Made by a program: the position numbers and the translations under genes. A stretch of DNA of 64,000 nucleotides from assembly GCF_037042905.1 (NCBI RefSeq), contig NC_087252.1, positions 24,740,001 to 24,804,000 of the forward strand, read 5' to 3'. Under the pieces are notes generated by a model. The model saw nothing but the letters and a program-made list of their open reading frames with translations, did no database searches and had not been told where the DNA came from. Below, one piece after another: positions 39,001-52,000 of the stretch. The DNA is from Lytechinus pictus (lineage: Eukaryota). Position 1 is the stretch's first letter, and each line of letters opens with the position of its first letter.

Positions 39001-39300
39001 ATTGTAGTCATATATTGACCAGATTCTAGTCAAACAACGTGACGAGGAAACTGAGACCACCGGGACAAACAATTCACACCGCTTAAAATTGACACTGTTT
39101 CAGAGAAATAAAAATCTTCCACATGGTACATGTATGCATAATTTTTATCTTTGATCCGGTATATATTATGCAGTATTAGCTCAATTTCATTTGACTAAAG
39201 AATCGAGTCAAGTTAGAATTTCGAATGTATTGGTCAATGATTCGTGACTATATAGGTTTTATATTGTGAGTGAGGGGGCGGTTATTTCAATGTGTATTAA

Positions 39301-39438
39301 TGTAGTAAAGATAGTGGTAGTAGTAGTAGTAGCAGTAGTATAGTAGTAGTAGTAGTAGTAGTAGCAGCAGCAGCAGCAGCAGCAGAAGTAGTAGTAGTAG
39401 TAGTAGTAGTAATAGTAGTAGTAAAAGTAGTAGTAGTA

Positions 39439-39507
<69 letters not shown>

Positions 39508-39529
39508 TAGTAGTAATAGTAGTAGTAGT
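39301..39529. repeat. (TAG)n/(CAG)n microsatellite
   Basis: Direct reading of the sequence. Confidence 0.95.
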
Positions 39530-40399
39530 CGCTCTTCAATCTCTCCAGATTATACGAGCAAGTTTCTTTCGTAAGTAGGACTTATGCAAAGGAATGCGCA
39601 TGTGACGTCAAATCATCCGGCGACGATTATGTGAATAAAATTATTTGAAAAAGGGTAACTAAAGAGGGAGCCAACAGAAATTTAAGATGCGACACCATAG
39701 AGGCTTTTACCCACCTCTATAGGGCCGACACACGAACAGCCCATCCGAAATTCTAATGGAACTCTCTAACAGCAGGGACAGTGCTACGGGGGGGGGCAGG
39801 GGAATACCGCCCCATATTATTTTTCAGTAAGTGAAAAGGTAGAAGGAAAAAGAAGGAAATAAAAAAAAAATAAGAGGAGAGTAAAGGAAAGAGTATATAG
39901 AGTTAGAGAGGTGTAGGTAATGTCACTCCAGTAATTAAATTGAGAGAGAGAGAGAAAGAAAAAAAAAAACACCCAGGCGGTCATCTGGCCCCATCCACAA
40001 TAAAGCCCTGAAATATATGTGAAAAAATCACTATTTTGTAAATTTTTCAACTGCCAGGAATTTTTTTAAGGTAAACTTTTCATGATACGCGCTGTAAGAG
40101 ATCCTCGAGTACTCTTTCATATCCCAACGATGGATTAATAAAAACCCACTCATATAATAAACACACATTCAAGAACACACTTGTCGAATCGTCGAGTTTG
40201 GGTGGTCCTTTTCAGGACCAACACTTGCCCCAGAAAGAACATGGTGTATCGTGAAACCTACTACACCATGTATACTGTTCTTCTTCGCCATGGAAACCTT
40301 CAGAAGTTATAATAAACACATATTAAAAGTTAAATACTACTACGATTTGCTAAAAATGATTTAGTTTTTATCAACATTTGGTTAATTCACTTTTTTTCA

Positions 40400-40590
40400 A
40401 CCCAAACCAGAGGAATACGGTATTAATGTTCAAGCACGATGAGGGAAGAGGAAGATGAATACATAAATCAAAGACGATATGCCGGGGAAACCAAAACTAA
40501 TACGCCTATTTTCTGTTCTGTTTCGAATCTGATCGTGGAGTTCCTTGAGATAGATGGGCAAACAGAAAACATCTACACGTTCAAATCAAG
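40400..40590 (+). other. Candidate upstream (5' UTR / uORF) first exon of ABCH
   Basis: Non-repetitive stretch ending in the strong donor aag|gtaaga at 40590/40591. A second strong donor cag|gtaagt lies at 40845/40846. Exon 45862 has an acceptor, so an upstream exon is needed. The start coordinate is approximate. Confidence 0.45.
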
Positions 40591-41198
40591 GTAAGAACAT
40601 AATTTGCAACAAGTCTGTCGCTACCAACGGTTATCTAATCAAGTAAATAGATAATCTTTGAGAGATTATCTTACTTTAAGCAACAGAGTACTTGATATCT
40701 TTGACTTTGAACCTTGAGATCACCAAGGAGTTTCTTGATCTAATACGATGGTAAGGTAAAGTGTGTTTCAGTCAAGAAACTCAGTGGCTTTCTATCCTTA
40801 ACGGCTGCTGTAGGAATCCGGAAGATCAGGAATAGCTTCGTGCAGGTAAGTGGCGTATCTATTTTACACAGTTCTTCGGATTGGATTAAAAGTCATTGGT
40901 TGGTCGCACTTATACGGCGAGCTTGTACTGAAATATTTAATACTGTATACGCGGTGTGATAGATTTCGATTTCGATTTTGATGCAATTCGTGTTAAGTAT
41001 CAATCAAAGAGCAAAGTTGTATGTCAATGTATTTTTCGAGGGGATTAAAAAAAAAAAAATTATACAGAAAGATGGTTTATCAGTATTAGTCATAAAGAAA
41101 GACACAGGGCCTGAAGGATCATAAACGGGGAGGCTCAGAATTTTGTCAATTTCTTTTAAAGACGTTAAATTGTAACATGTATTGTTTCTCCATTGGAA

Positions 41199-43039
41199 CA
41201 TATTTTTAACTTATCACTCTCAACTGGATGCTTTCCTGAGCTATTGAAAATAATAAATCCCGATTTATTAAAAAAGATGATCCTACTCAAGTTACAAATT
41301 ATCGGCCTATTTCCCTCTTACCATGCATATAAAAAATATTAGAAAGAATTGTTTACAAAAGATTGGATTCCTTTTTGTCATTTAATAAGATTATTACACC
41401 AGCCCAGTTTGGATTCAGAAAAAATTTCTCTACCGATTTCGCAATAACCAAATTGCTGTACAAAGTTGTAAACTCACTTTCAAAAAAGAATCACACCATT
41501 GCTTTATTTATGGACCTAAGTAAAGCTTTCGATACCATTGACCATGGTATTTTACTTCATAAGTTGTATAATTACGGGATAAGGGGCATTGCTTGGTCAT
41601 GGATTAAGAGTTATCTTAACAATACGTTTTTATCAATGATGTTAAATCTCCTGTATCGTTTATCAATTGCGGCGTCCCGCAGGGTTCTATTCTGGGACCT
41701 TTGTTATTTTTAATATACATTAATGATATAGTAAATTCATCTTCCATTCTTTCTTTCATCTTATTCGCCGATGATACTAATATTTTGTTATCTCACAAGA
41801 ACTTACCAGAATTAATAAATATAATGAATTTAGAATTGAATAAAGTTTCATCATGGTTTAAATGTAATAAGTTATCTCTTAACATAAGTAAAACTCATAT
41901 AATGCATTTACAATCATCTCATAGAAATGAAAATTTTACACAAGATATAAAAATTGATAATGTGCCTTTAGATAAAAAAGAATACGTAAAATTCCTTGGT
42001 ATCACAATAGACAAGCATTTATCATGGACTCCGCACATAAGCAACGTGTCTTCCTCTGTAGCTAAAGGAATTGGAATACTATGTAGACTAAAAAAAATCT
42101 TACCAGAGAAATCTCTTGTTATGATATATAATATATTGATTTTACCATATATTCACTACTGTAACCTCATTTGGGGGAATAGCTGCAAGACAAGGCTTAA
42201 ACATATACTTTTATTGCAAAAGAAAGCGGTTAGAATTTGTTCAAAATCTGCATATCTTTCATCTTTCACATTTTTATCGTCTGAAAATATTTAAGAAAAA
42301 TTATATTAATACTTTACAAATAGCACTTTTTATGTATAGATATAATTACGACATGCTTCCTCCAGTATTCACGGATTTATTTTCATATAATAACAATTTA
42401 CACTCATATCCAACAAGAACATGCAATAATATTCACTTAAACAATCCCAGGACACTATTTGCACATAAAACACTAAGACATCATGGACCTGATATTTGGA
42501 ATGCATTGCCAGATTAACCCAAGCTGACAAGATCATTTTATTCCTTTAAACGAACTATAAAAGAAATGCAATTAAACCAATACCTAACAAATTAAAAAAA
42601 GAAAATCATTACCATTGTTATCATTATTTTAATTAGACATTGACTTTTATCTAGAACATGTATAAATTAAAATCAAACAACAAAAAGTGTTATTTTCTAA
42701 AATTCCATGCTAAGGACCAAGCATCTCCCTCCCCCCCCCCCCCAGTCCCTCATGCACCTGCACGTTTAATGACAATATATATTAATTATTTTGGCTATAT
42801 TCCAGGGTTGTTACGTTTTCAAGCTTTGCTTTTGTGACGACCCTTGCAACCATCCTATTTATTGTGTAACAGAAAATACCACTTAATGATTTTCATTTAT
42901 GTAAGATATGTTTGAGGATTAATATACAAAACTATTGTTCATTATCTTGATGTCAAGTTTCAGATATGTATTTTCTTGTCCAGAATTTTGTTATGAAAAA
43001 TGTTGCAAAAACCAATAAATGAAATGAAATGAAATGAAA
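41199..43039 (+). mobile_element. 5'-truncated CR1/L2-clade LINE (reverse transcriptase pseudogene)
   Basis: HIFNLSLSTGCFP, NYRPISLLP, QFGFRK, DLSKAFDTIDH, GVPQGSILGPLLFLIYIND and FADDT motifs; in-frame stop near 41330 and frameshifts; 3' hairpin, AATAAA and (GAAAT)n tail. Confidence 0.93.
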
Positions 43040-43459
43040 GCACAACAAAGTTTTCACTTGGGAGGGGTCGGGGATACTATCGCTTTAAAAGGGAAGTATT
43101 TCACACAAAACACGTTAGACACAATGCAAATTTAGGGCAGGGATATAGGCATGTGCCCCCCATGCAACCTTTCAGGTAGTATCCACATCTGCAGAGGGTT
43201 TACGTGCGTATCGATTAACTTGAGATTTTGCATTTACGCAGTTCTTTAGTAAAATCATAAAAACGTGTTAAACCTCCAATTTATCGCGATGCCTCAACAT
43301 TTCTTCAACTCTCCCAATATTCAAGCATAGGCCTAACTGATACACTGAATCTTTTTCTAATGAGGATGAAAACTTAATTCATCAACGTATTCTAATCAAT
43401 GCAAAAAACGGGGACAATCTTGTGAGATTTTTTTGTTAATTCTATGGGCTGTTACAATT

Positions 43460-43518
43460 ATTACTACTTACTAATAGTAGTGTAAGTAGAACTAGTTGCT
43501 GCAGCAGTAGAAGTAGTA

Positions 43519-43570
<52 letters not shown>

Positions 43571-43687
43571 AAGTAGAAGTAGAAGTAGTAGTAGTAGTAA
43601 TAGTAGTATTAGTAATAGAAGTAGTAGTAGTAGCAGCAGCAGCAGTAGTATTTGTATTAGTATTAGTAGTAGTAGTAGTAGTAGTAG

Positions 43688-43753
<66 letters not shown>

Positions 43754-43990
43754 TACTAGTACTACTTACACTTCTACTAAGTAGTAATAGTAGTGTAAGT
43801 AGAAGTAGTTGCAGCAGCAGTAGAAGTACTAGCGGCAGCAGCAGTAGTAGAAGTAGAAGTAGAAGTAGTAGTAGTAGTAGTAGTAGTAATAGTAGTAGTA
43901 GTAGTGGCAGCAGCAGTAGTAGTAGAAGTAGAAGAAGAAGTAGTAGTAGTAGTAGTAGTAGCAGCAGTAGTAGTAGTAGTAGGAGTAGTG

Positions 43991-44022
<32 letters not shown>

Positions 44023-44136
44023 TGCTGCAGCAGTAGAAGTAGTAGCAGCAGCAGCAGCAGCAATAGTAGTAGTAGAAGTAGAAGTAGAAGTAGTAGTAGT
44101 AGCAATAGTAGTATTAGTAATAGAAGTAGTAGTAGT

Positions 44137-44167
<31 letters not shown>

Positions 44168-44195
44168 TCAATATTAGCAGTAGTAGTAGTAGTAG

Positions 44196-44230
<35 letters not shown>

Positions 44231-44435
44231 GTACTACTTACACTTCTACTAAGTAGTAATAGTAGTGTAAGTAGAAGAAGTTGCAGCAGCAGTAGAAGTA
44301 CTAGTAGCAGCAGCAGTAGTAGAAGTATAAGAAGAAGTAGTAGTAGTTGTAGTAGTAGTGGCAGCAGCAGTAGTAGTAGAAGTAGAAGAAGAAGTAGTAG
44401 TAGTAGTAGCAGCAGCAGTAGTAGTAGTAGTAGTA

Positions 44436-44470
<35 letters not shown>

Positions 44471-44472
44471 TT

Positions 44473-44505
<33 letters not shown>

Positions 44506-44506
44506 A

Positions 44507-44557
<51 letters not shown>

Positions 44558-44573
44558 AAGTAGTAGTAGTAGT

Positions 44574-44617
<44 letters not shown>

Positions 44618-44725
44618 GTAAGAGGAGGAGCAGTAGGAGTAGTAGTAGTAGTAGTAGTAGTAGTAATAGTAGAAGTATTAGTAGTAGTAGTAGTAAAAGA
44701 AGTATAAGTTATAAGTAGTAGTATT
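43460..44725. repeat. Compound (TAG/CAG/AAG)n microsatellite with (CTA)n inversions and an internal duplication of about 525 bp
   Basis: Direct reading of the sequence. Confidence 0.95.
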
Positions 44726-45057
44726 TTTCAAGTGAGTTGGAAGAATTTGCGTTTTCTTTCTTTGGTTAAAGTTCTCAAACTGATAAGATTACACATTTTT
44801 ATCAAACGCAAACATGATTATTAAGTACTTGAATTAATAAATGCTCGTCATCTCCTCGCTTGTGAAAGATTACAGCACAATCTACCTAGACTGGTTATGT
44901 CTGGTCGACACTTAGATTGTGAATCCATCTCTTAACCTATTTGTCGATTGAAGGTCACTCAAGAAAATTTCGTAAAATCATCGATTGGGTATGTAATGAT
45001 AGTGGGCTCCCGTTCAGAAATATTCCAACGAAGTATGAATGACCAGATAAGTTGGTT

Positions 45058-45058
45058 A

Positions 45059-45111
<53 letters not shown>

Positions 45112-45385
45112 GGTGTGTGTGTGTGCGAGAGGTTGTTATTAAAAAAAAAAAAAAAAGGTGTGTGTGTGTGTGTATATATAAACCTATATATGTATACGTA
45201 TATAGGTTTATATGTACCCCCATATATATATATATATGTGTGTATACATAATACATATAAGAAGAGACTCATGAGGTAAAAAGCCGAAAGAAGGGAGAGG
45301 GGAGAGCGATTGAGAGAGGGGGAGAGCCGGGGGGGGGGGGGGGAGGGAGAGAGAGTGATGGAGATCGAGAAACGAGAGAGAAACT
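45058..45385. repeat. (TA)n/(TG)n/(GA)n low-complexity tract
   Basis: Direct reading of the sequence. Confidence 0.9.
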
Positions 45386-45940
45386 ATTTCCTCATGCATT
45401 ATTAATCAATGAAAGAAAAAGGAATATTCCATGTTTATTTATACTGATTGTGCAGTTTGCAAAGTGAAAGCTAGTGATTTATGTTTGATTTATACCTTTG
45501 TTTTGGTTTTGCACTGACAAACATCGGAAACATTAATTATACACCATGCATGTGGTATTATGGTACACACAAATACGCAGCCAACAGACATGATTACACA
45601 TAGTTCGTCATTTGCGCGTGATATGAACACAAGTTTATCTGCACTTCACAAATTAGGAAAATAGTGGATCATATAAATCATACAAATCGGGTAAAATAAA
45701 TTAGACTGTAAGTTGTAGAGATAGTAGAAGTCCTATATGTGGTGTTAAATCATGCTTTAAAGTCTGACGAGTCCCCCTGAATTGTATTATCATACCACTT
45801 CATAATAGAGCCCTCGCGTCTTTTAACTGTACTTTGATTTCGATTGTTCATTAATTTCCAGAGGCAAGCGAATTGAGAGACAGGAATTAAAACTACGTCC
45901 AGCTTCATTCTCGGACCAGTATTCATGACAACTCGGCACC

Positions 45941-46059
45941 ATGGATGATATAGGAACTCACGCCATCGAGTGTTACAACCTGAGCAAGCATTATGGGAGA
46001 GGGAAGGGCAAATTGCAAGTATTGCAGAACCTGGAGATGAAAGTACCAAAAGGAAAGAT
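45941..46059 (+). CDS. ABCH: ABCH coding exon 1 (exon begins at 45862 with 5' UTR)
   Basis: Acceptor ttccag|45862, Kozak-like accATGg, [39 protein letters not shown], donor at|gtaagc (phase 2). Confidence 0.88.
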
Positions 46060-49000
46060 GTAAGCATTTCGAAAGTCTTATGATTTTATTGTAGTGTGAC
46101 ATAGAGGTATATACAGTGGCGTACCGTGGGTCACGGCATTGGGGGGGGGGCACCAGCAAAAAATTTGAGTCATTAAGTGGGTGCGCGAAGCGCGCTCAAA
46201 TGCCAGGTATACTGACCTAATAGAGACATTTTAAGGACTGTGCCATTAAACGGATATGTATATCACTGATCAAATAATGTGAGCGCGAAGCGCGAGCTGA
46301 AAATTTTTGATATTCAGTCCTAAAAAGGGACATTATAAGCAAAGTTTCGTAATCATGATACGTACCTGTCTCACAAAACAAACAATGCGAGCACGAAGCG
46401 CGAGCTGAAATTTTTTGTACAAATTGACCCTAAAAAGGGAAATTTTAAGGACTATCTTTTGGAATTCATGAAGTGCGTACGTATCTCATCATAGTCATTA
46501 ATGCGAGCGCCAAGCACTTGCTGATTTTGTTAGAATTATACCTAAACACATGAAGTACTTTTTGTAGTCATTGTAATCATGAACATGATACGTATCTCAC
46601 CAATGAAATATTGCGGGCGAGAAGCGCGAGCTGACAATTCTTGAAATTCAGACCTGAAGAGGGGCATTCTATGGATTGTTTGTAGGAATTTACTATTTCA
46701 CTAACCAAGTGATGCGAGCGCGAAGCGCGAGCTGAAAATTTGTTATATTCAGACCAGAAAAAGGGACATTTAACTTTGTTTAAAGGACTGTCTTAAGGAA
46801 TTCGTGCACTGCAAAAACACCGGTGTTGATTTAACACCAGCCCGGTATCTATATCGGTCCACACCAGAGAAGCGTTGAAACAACGCCAGTTAAGAATCAA
46901 ACCGATGTTGGTTTAACACTAATTGGTGTTGCTTAAATTCCAAAGTGGTGTTAGCCTAACGCCAAACCGGTGTTGTTTCAATACCTCTCTGGTATGGACC
47001 AATGGATACCAGGCTGGTGTTAAATTAACACCGGCATTTTTGCAGTGTGAAGAGCAGACATATCTCACAGTCTACTAATGCGAACGTAAGCACAGACTGG
47101 AAATGTCTTATGTTAGGGCCTGAAAAGGGAGCAATCACTTCAAGTATATAGTCATGAAAAGAGCATAATGTCACTACATAAAACAATGATAACTTGAAGT
47201 GCGAGAAGATATATTTGATGCATAATTTATATGGACTTAAAGTACAACAGGACTATATATCTCATTAGTCAGACAATGCGAGCACCAGGAATTATGAACA
47301 CATAAGCCCTTTATAGGTCCTGAGCAAATTATGTTTCATAAAGTTATGGAAAAAATATTTCTTATGTAATATAATATATTATATAACGTACAATAATTTC
47401 TTCTTCTCCACTACGTTTCTCTTTTTTTCTCCCTCTTTTCCTCCCTTTCCCCGATTTTTTTTGCCAGCCGATGGGGGGGGGGGGGGGGCACGTGCCCCTT
47501 ATGCCCCCGTAGTTACGCCACTGGATATATATCATTATTAAAATAAACCAACATTACTATATAACCATGTTCACAAAGACAATACAATTTCCTTATAGTT
47601 TCTAATAAGGTTTAGATTAGCATCATCGACAATGAAGGAGGAGAAGAAGAAGAAGAAGAAGAAGAAGTAGAAGAAAAGAGGAATTATGATGAGGATGGTA
47701 ATATTCATGAGGACGACGATGATGACGGTGATGACGATGATGATTCATGATGATGATGAAGACTAACGAATGATGACGAAGATGATAATAATGACGACGA
47801 TGATGATCCGGTGGTGACAACGATAATGACCAAGTTGATGAGGACCACAACGACAGTAATCAAGTTGATAATTATCTTTGGTCTGGTCATAATCACAGCA
47901 GCTTTTGAGATTTAATAGAATCCTCTCGCGCGAAACATACCAAGTGGTTCTCTGACTTCGCTTTTTACATCATTTTGTTGCTATAGTTACGGTCTCCTCG
48001 GACCCAGCGGATGCGGGAAGACCACACTCCTCCGATGTTGCTTGGGCCAATTGAGCAAAGACAGCGGTTTGGTACTGACCCTTGGTCGACCACCACTTAC
48101 TCGAGGACACGGCATCCCAGGCAGTCGTGTTGGCTACATGCCCCAGGCAGGTCAAAGTTCAAAGTTCAAAGATAGAAGTTCAATTTATTTTGTTTTCAGG
48201 TCACTAATTAACATATTAGGTAATGCATGTTAATGAAGGGGCCGGGTGGCTGAGCCAAATGATGGCTACAGTAAGCATCCACAGGTCCCACCCCCAGAAG
48301 ATGACGTCACTGTCATCTCGCGAAAGAATAATATCTCGACATGATTTTTTTTTCAACTTGATATTTCTTCCAAATGCATACAGGCAGGATCTTGTCATGA
48401 ACACCGAATTCACACTCAAAATATTTTTGCTCCATTTAGGCAGCTCCTTTGAACTACTAAAATGGATCAAAATTAATTTCAGCGTGAATTCAGTGTTCAT
48501 GACAAGAACCTTTATGGATGCATTTGGTAAAAAATAATTCGAATTCTAATTAGAATTAACGTTATTCTAAGATTGTTAAAATGCCTTATTTATAATTTAC
48601 GTAATGTCACAGGTATTTCGCGTAAAGAATAGGCTTTTCTCATTATATGAATTATATTATATTAATTGTATTAATGTAATTTTGCATAACGTGATATTTC
48701 TTCCAAATGCGTCGTTACAGGATCGCAACACTTACGGTGAACGCACAGCCAAAGTAATGATGATGTATATTTTGAGACTGTTTGAGTAACCTCCTTGACA
48801 TAATGTAACTGGCATATCCTGATAATCGATATAATTTTCTAACTTGACATTAAAAAAAAATACACTCAAACAGGATCTTGCTCTGTATGGTGAATTCACA
48901 ATCAAAGAAATGTTGATCTACTTCGCCACCTTACACAAGATGAGCCGGAAGGATGCCAATGCCAGGATCGATTTCTTATTGGATCTTCTTAACCTGCCCT

Positions 49001-52000
49001 TTAGGAACAGAATGGTAGCATATCTCAGGTAAACTATAACACATTTTCTTTCTTTCGCCTGCCAATACACACACATCACTGACATATGATGGGGGTGGTC
49101 GTGGAGGAGGGGGGGGGGGGGGGTGGGAGGTGAGCATCGAGGAGCAGCCCCACTGATCTCTGACCTATATACTATAGTATACAGTTCAGTGGGCACCCCC
49201 TGGTTTACAACTGAGATCAAATTTAAGATTAAAATGAAAGGGTGAAATATCAAACATTTTCTGGATGTTGTAATAAAATCTGTCACAAACATAGATTTTA
49301 ATTATAAACAAAGTCAATATTTACTCGCTTGGATTGATTTCTCGCAACTTTTTAGATTTTTTCCTGTACACCACTGCATGTCTTCCCGTCAAATTCTTTG
49401 ACCCATAATGCCACTGCCGGACACGTCAGTACGCCAGCGGGGGGATCCAGGGGCAGGGGGTGGCCCTTTGGGGTGGCCCCATCATTTTTGGCGGGTTAGA
49501 GTGACCTATAATAATTTTTCCTTCAAAAGCAACCCGTAAAACGTCAAAACTATCGTTATAATGAATATTATGGTAGTTTGAAATTATATCATTATCCTTG
49601 TTTTATTACCACTATCTTATTGTCTATGTCAAGACTATCTTTTTCTTTTCCATTTTAGTGGGGGTCAGAAGAGGAGAGTGTCCTTTGCTGTAGCCTTGAT
49701 CCAGTCGCCTGAACTTCTTATTCTAGATGAACCAACTGTCGGGGTTGACCCACTTCTTCGACAGAAGTAAGTTGATGATAATGCCAGAATTCAGTGTGTG
49801 TGTGTGTGTGTGTTAGAGAGAGAGAGAGGGGGGGGGGAGAGAAAGTGTATGTGTGAGGGTGTGTGTGTATGTGGGGGGGGGATGCAATAATATAACTTTT
49901 TTTGGGAGGGGGGTGGCAAGGATAAGACAAATTTCGCTTGTACTGTAAACTCGTTATTCAGGAGCCGAAAGCAGACGGGGGGGGGGGGCAAATGAAAACA
50001 CAGCGATGATTATAATGATGATGATGTTGAACGATAGTCTACCGATGTTTCCTCCGTGCCCCCTGACTACGCTGTAATAATGGTGATAATTCAACAATTA
50101 ATGATTACAAGTCTGTTTTGTATGATCAGCCGATATAAGTGTTGTAAACAATTGAACAAAATACATACATTTTGTTTGCAGGATTTGGGAGTATCTACTA
50201 CAATTTGCACAGACTGGGCAAACGACCATCATTCTCACTACACATTACATCGAGGAGGCCAGAAATGCTGACGTGGTATGATAAAATTCTCTTTCCATAG
50301 TTTTTTTTCGTTTTTGTTTATAGATTCTAAGTTTCCAGATAATTTGTTTCGAAATAAAAAAAAGCTTACAAAATATTGAAAGCGTCGAGCATAATATAAA
50401 CAGGATATGGCGCCATTGTCCATTATGTCTACGTTCTTGACGGTCTAAATGACATGAATATTTACTTAAAGGCCCTTATTTTGAAGTCGGGTATAACTTG
50501 GGCCATGGTTTAACTTTGTGATGAAATTATGGGAAGCCGAATAAATTAAAATACATTGTATGTTTCTATTGTTTACCATGTAATTTTTCACGCTTTAATG
50601 GCGAAGAAAACTGTTTTAATTATCATTCCCTAACAGCTGTGGATAAATTGGCCGCCAAATGTGCTGAAAATCGATCCTTTACGGTTTAAAGAGACGCATG
50701 TCACATAATTGCAATGGTTTTATATTAGGGTTTAAATTGAACCCGAGTCCAAAATATGGACCAGAGACGTAAAAGACAATTTGGATGAATTCAAAGTCGG
50801 TATTGACATTATGGTGTTGGTCTTAACTCATTATTTTACTGCAGCATAGCACCAAATTAACTAAAATAAGGAAGTTTGTCTGGGGAAAAATCTCAGTAGG
50901 TACGGAGCTGTCAATTCAATCATATTGGGTTTTAGAGCCAGGAAAGGTTATTTTATCTGTGCTTCCAATTAACGCCAACACCATCACCTCCAACACCAAA
51001 TTTGAAATCACCCATTGTAAGGTAAATTCCTAGCTATAACAAGCTCATCTCCGCCTTCTATTCCGCCTTATGCTTTTGCTACCAAATTATATCAGTTATG
51101 ATATTTTGTTATTTGTAGTCTCTTATTTGTGTTTCAATTTTATTTGCTAAGCTTTACTGAAAGACAAATTCTTGTAATATAGTTTTAAAAAAAAACGACT
51201 GCATTACGGATAAAGTTAAACACTTAAAGTATCTGATGTTTTATTCCTCAACAAACCATACTGAAGTTGAAAACATATTTTTTTCTGTTTTACCGCAGGT
51301 TGGGCTGATGAGGAACGGGAAACTCCTGGCCGAGGAAGATCCCCAAGTCCTGATAAGCACTTACAACTTCCCGGTACTGCTCCGTCATGAATGTACCGTT
51401 CAAATTTCTAATAGTACAAACAATGATAAAAGCCCATTTATAGCACAACTACTACATGTAATATTGATACACTCTTCTGCGCTTAATGCTTGGTATTATT
51501 TTCAGTCCGGCTGGAGGTGATCGGATCTGTCCATGATCGGATATAGGTACTATAGCATGAAGGCGTCTTCGAAATTTCTAAAAAGGTGTAACAAATTAAA
51601 AAAAATAAAGGTAGCGATTGCTCCCCGGGTTGCTTCCACCCATTCATAAATGTAAAACAATAATGGTAATACGGTCCTCCTACCCAAGCGGACAAGCCAT
51701 CCAGCAAAAAATTAAGTATAAGTGTAAGTGTCCGATTCGCCCCCTCCATGACTGCCAATATAGTAAGTTTCACGCAGGAGGACGTCTAGTCGTGTCTGAT
51801 TTTCTTTTAAATAGTTCTTAAATCAGGCAGGCAAAATGTTTAAATAGTCTGCCGAATCTATAGTCATTTTACAATGGAAATTAGAATTTTAACAACTTTT
51901 GTTTGCCCCCATTCCCTTAGACGCTCGAAGAAGTCTTCTTGAAGCTGTGTATGGCGGATATAGAAGGGGATGATGATGAGGTGAGTTAATACAAATATAG

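Noticed and set aside
41004..41198. 5'-inverted (twin-primed) part of the CR1/L2 element
   Set aside because: The minus-strand ORF shows no LINE motif I can recognise, and I found no TSD.
43464..44579. Long ORFs (235, 190 and 73 aa) of poly-L/V/S/T
   Set aside because: They are translations of trinucleotide microsatellite with no splice or domain support.
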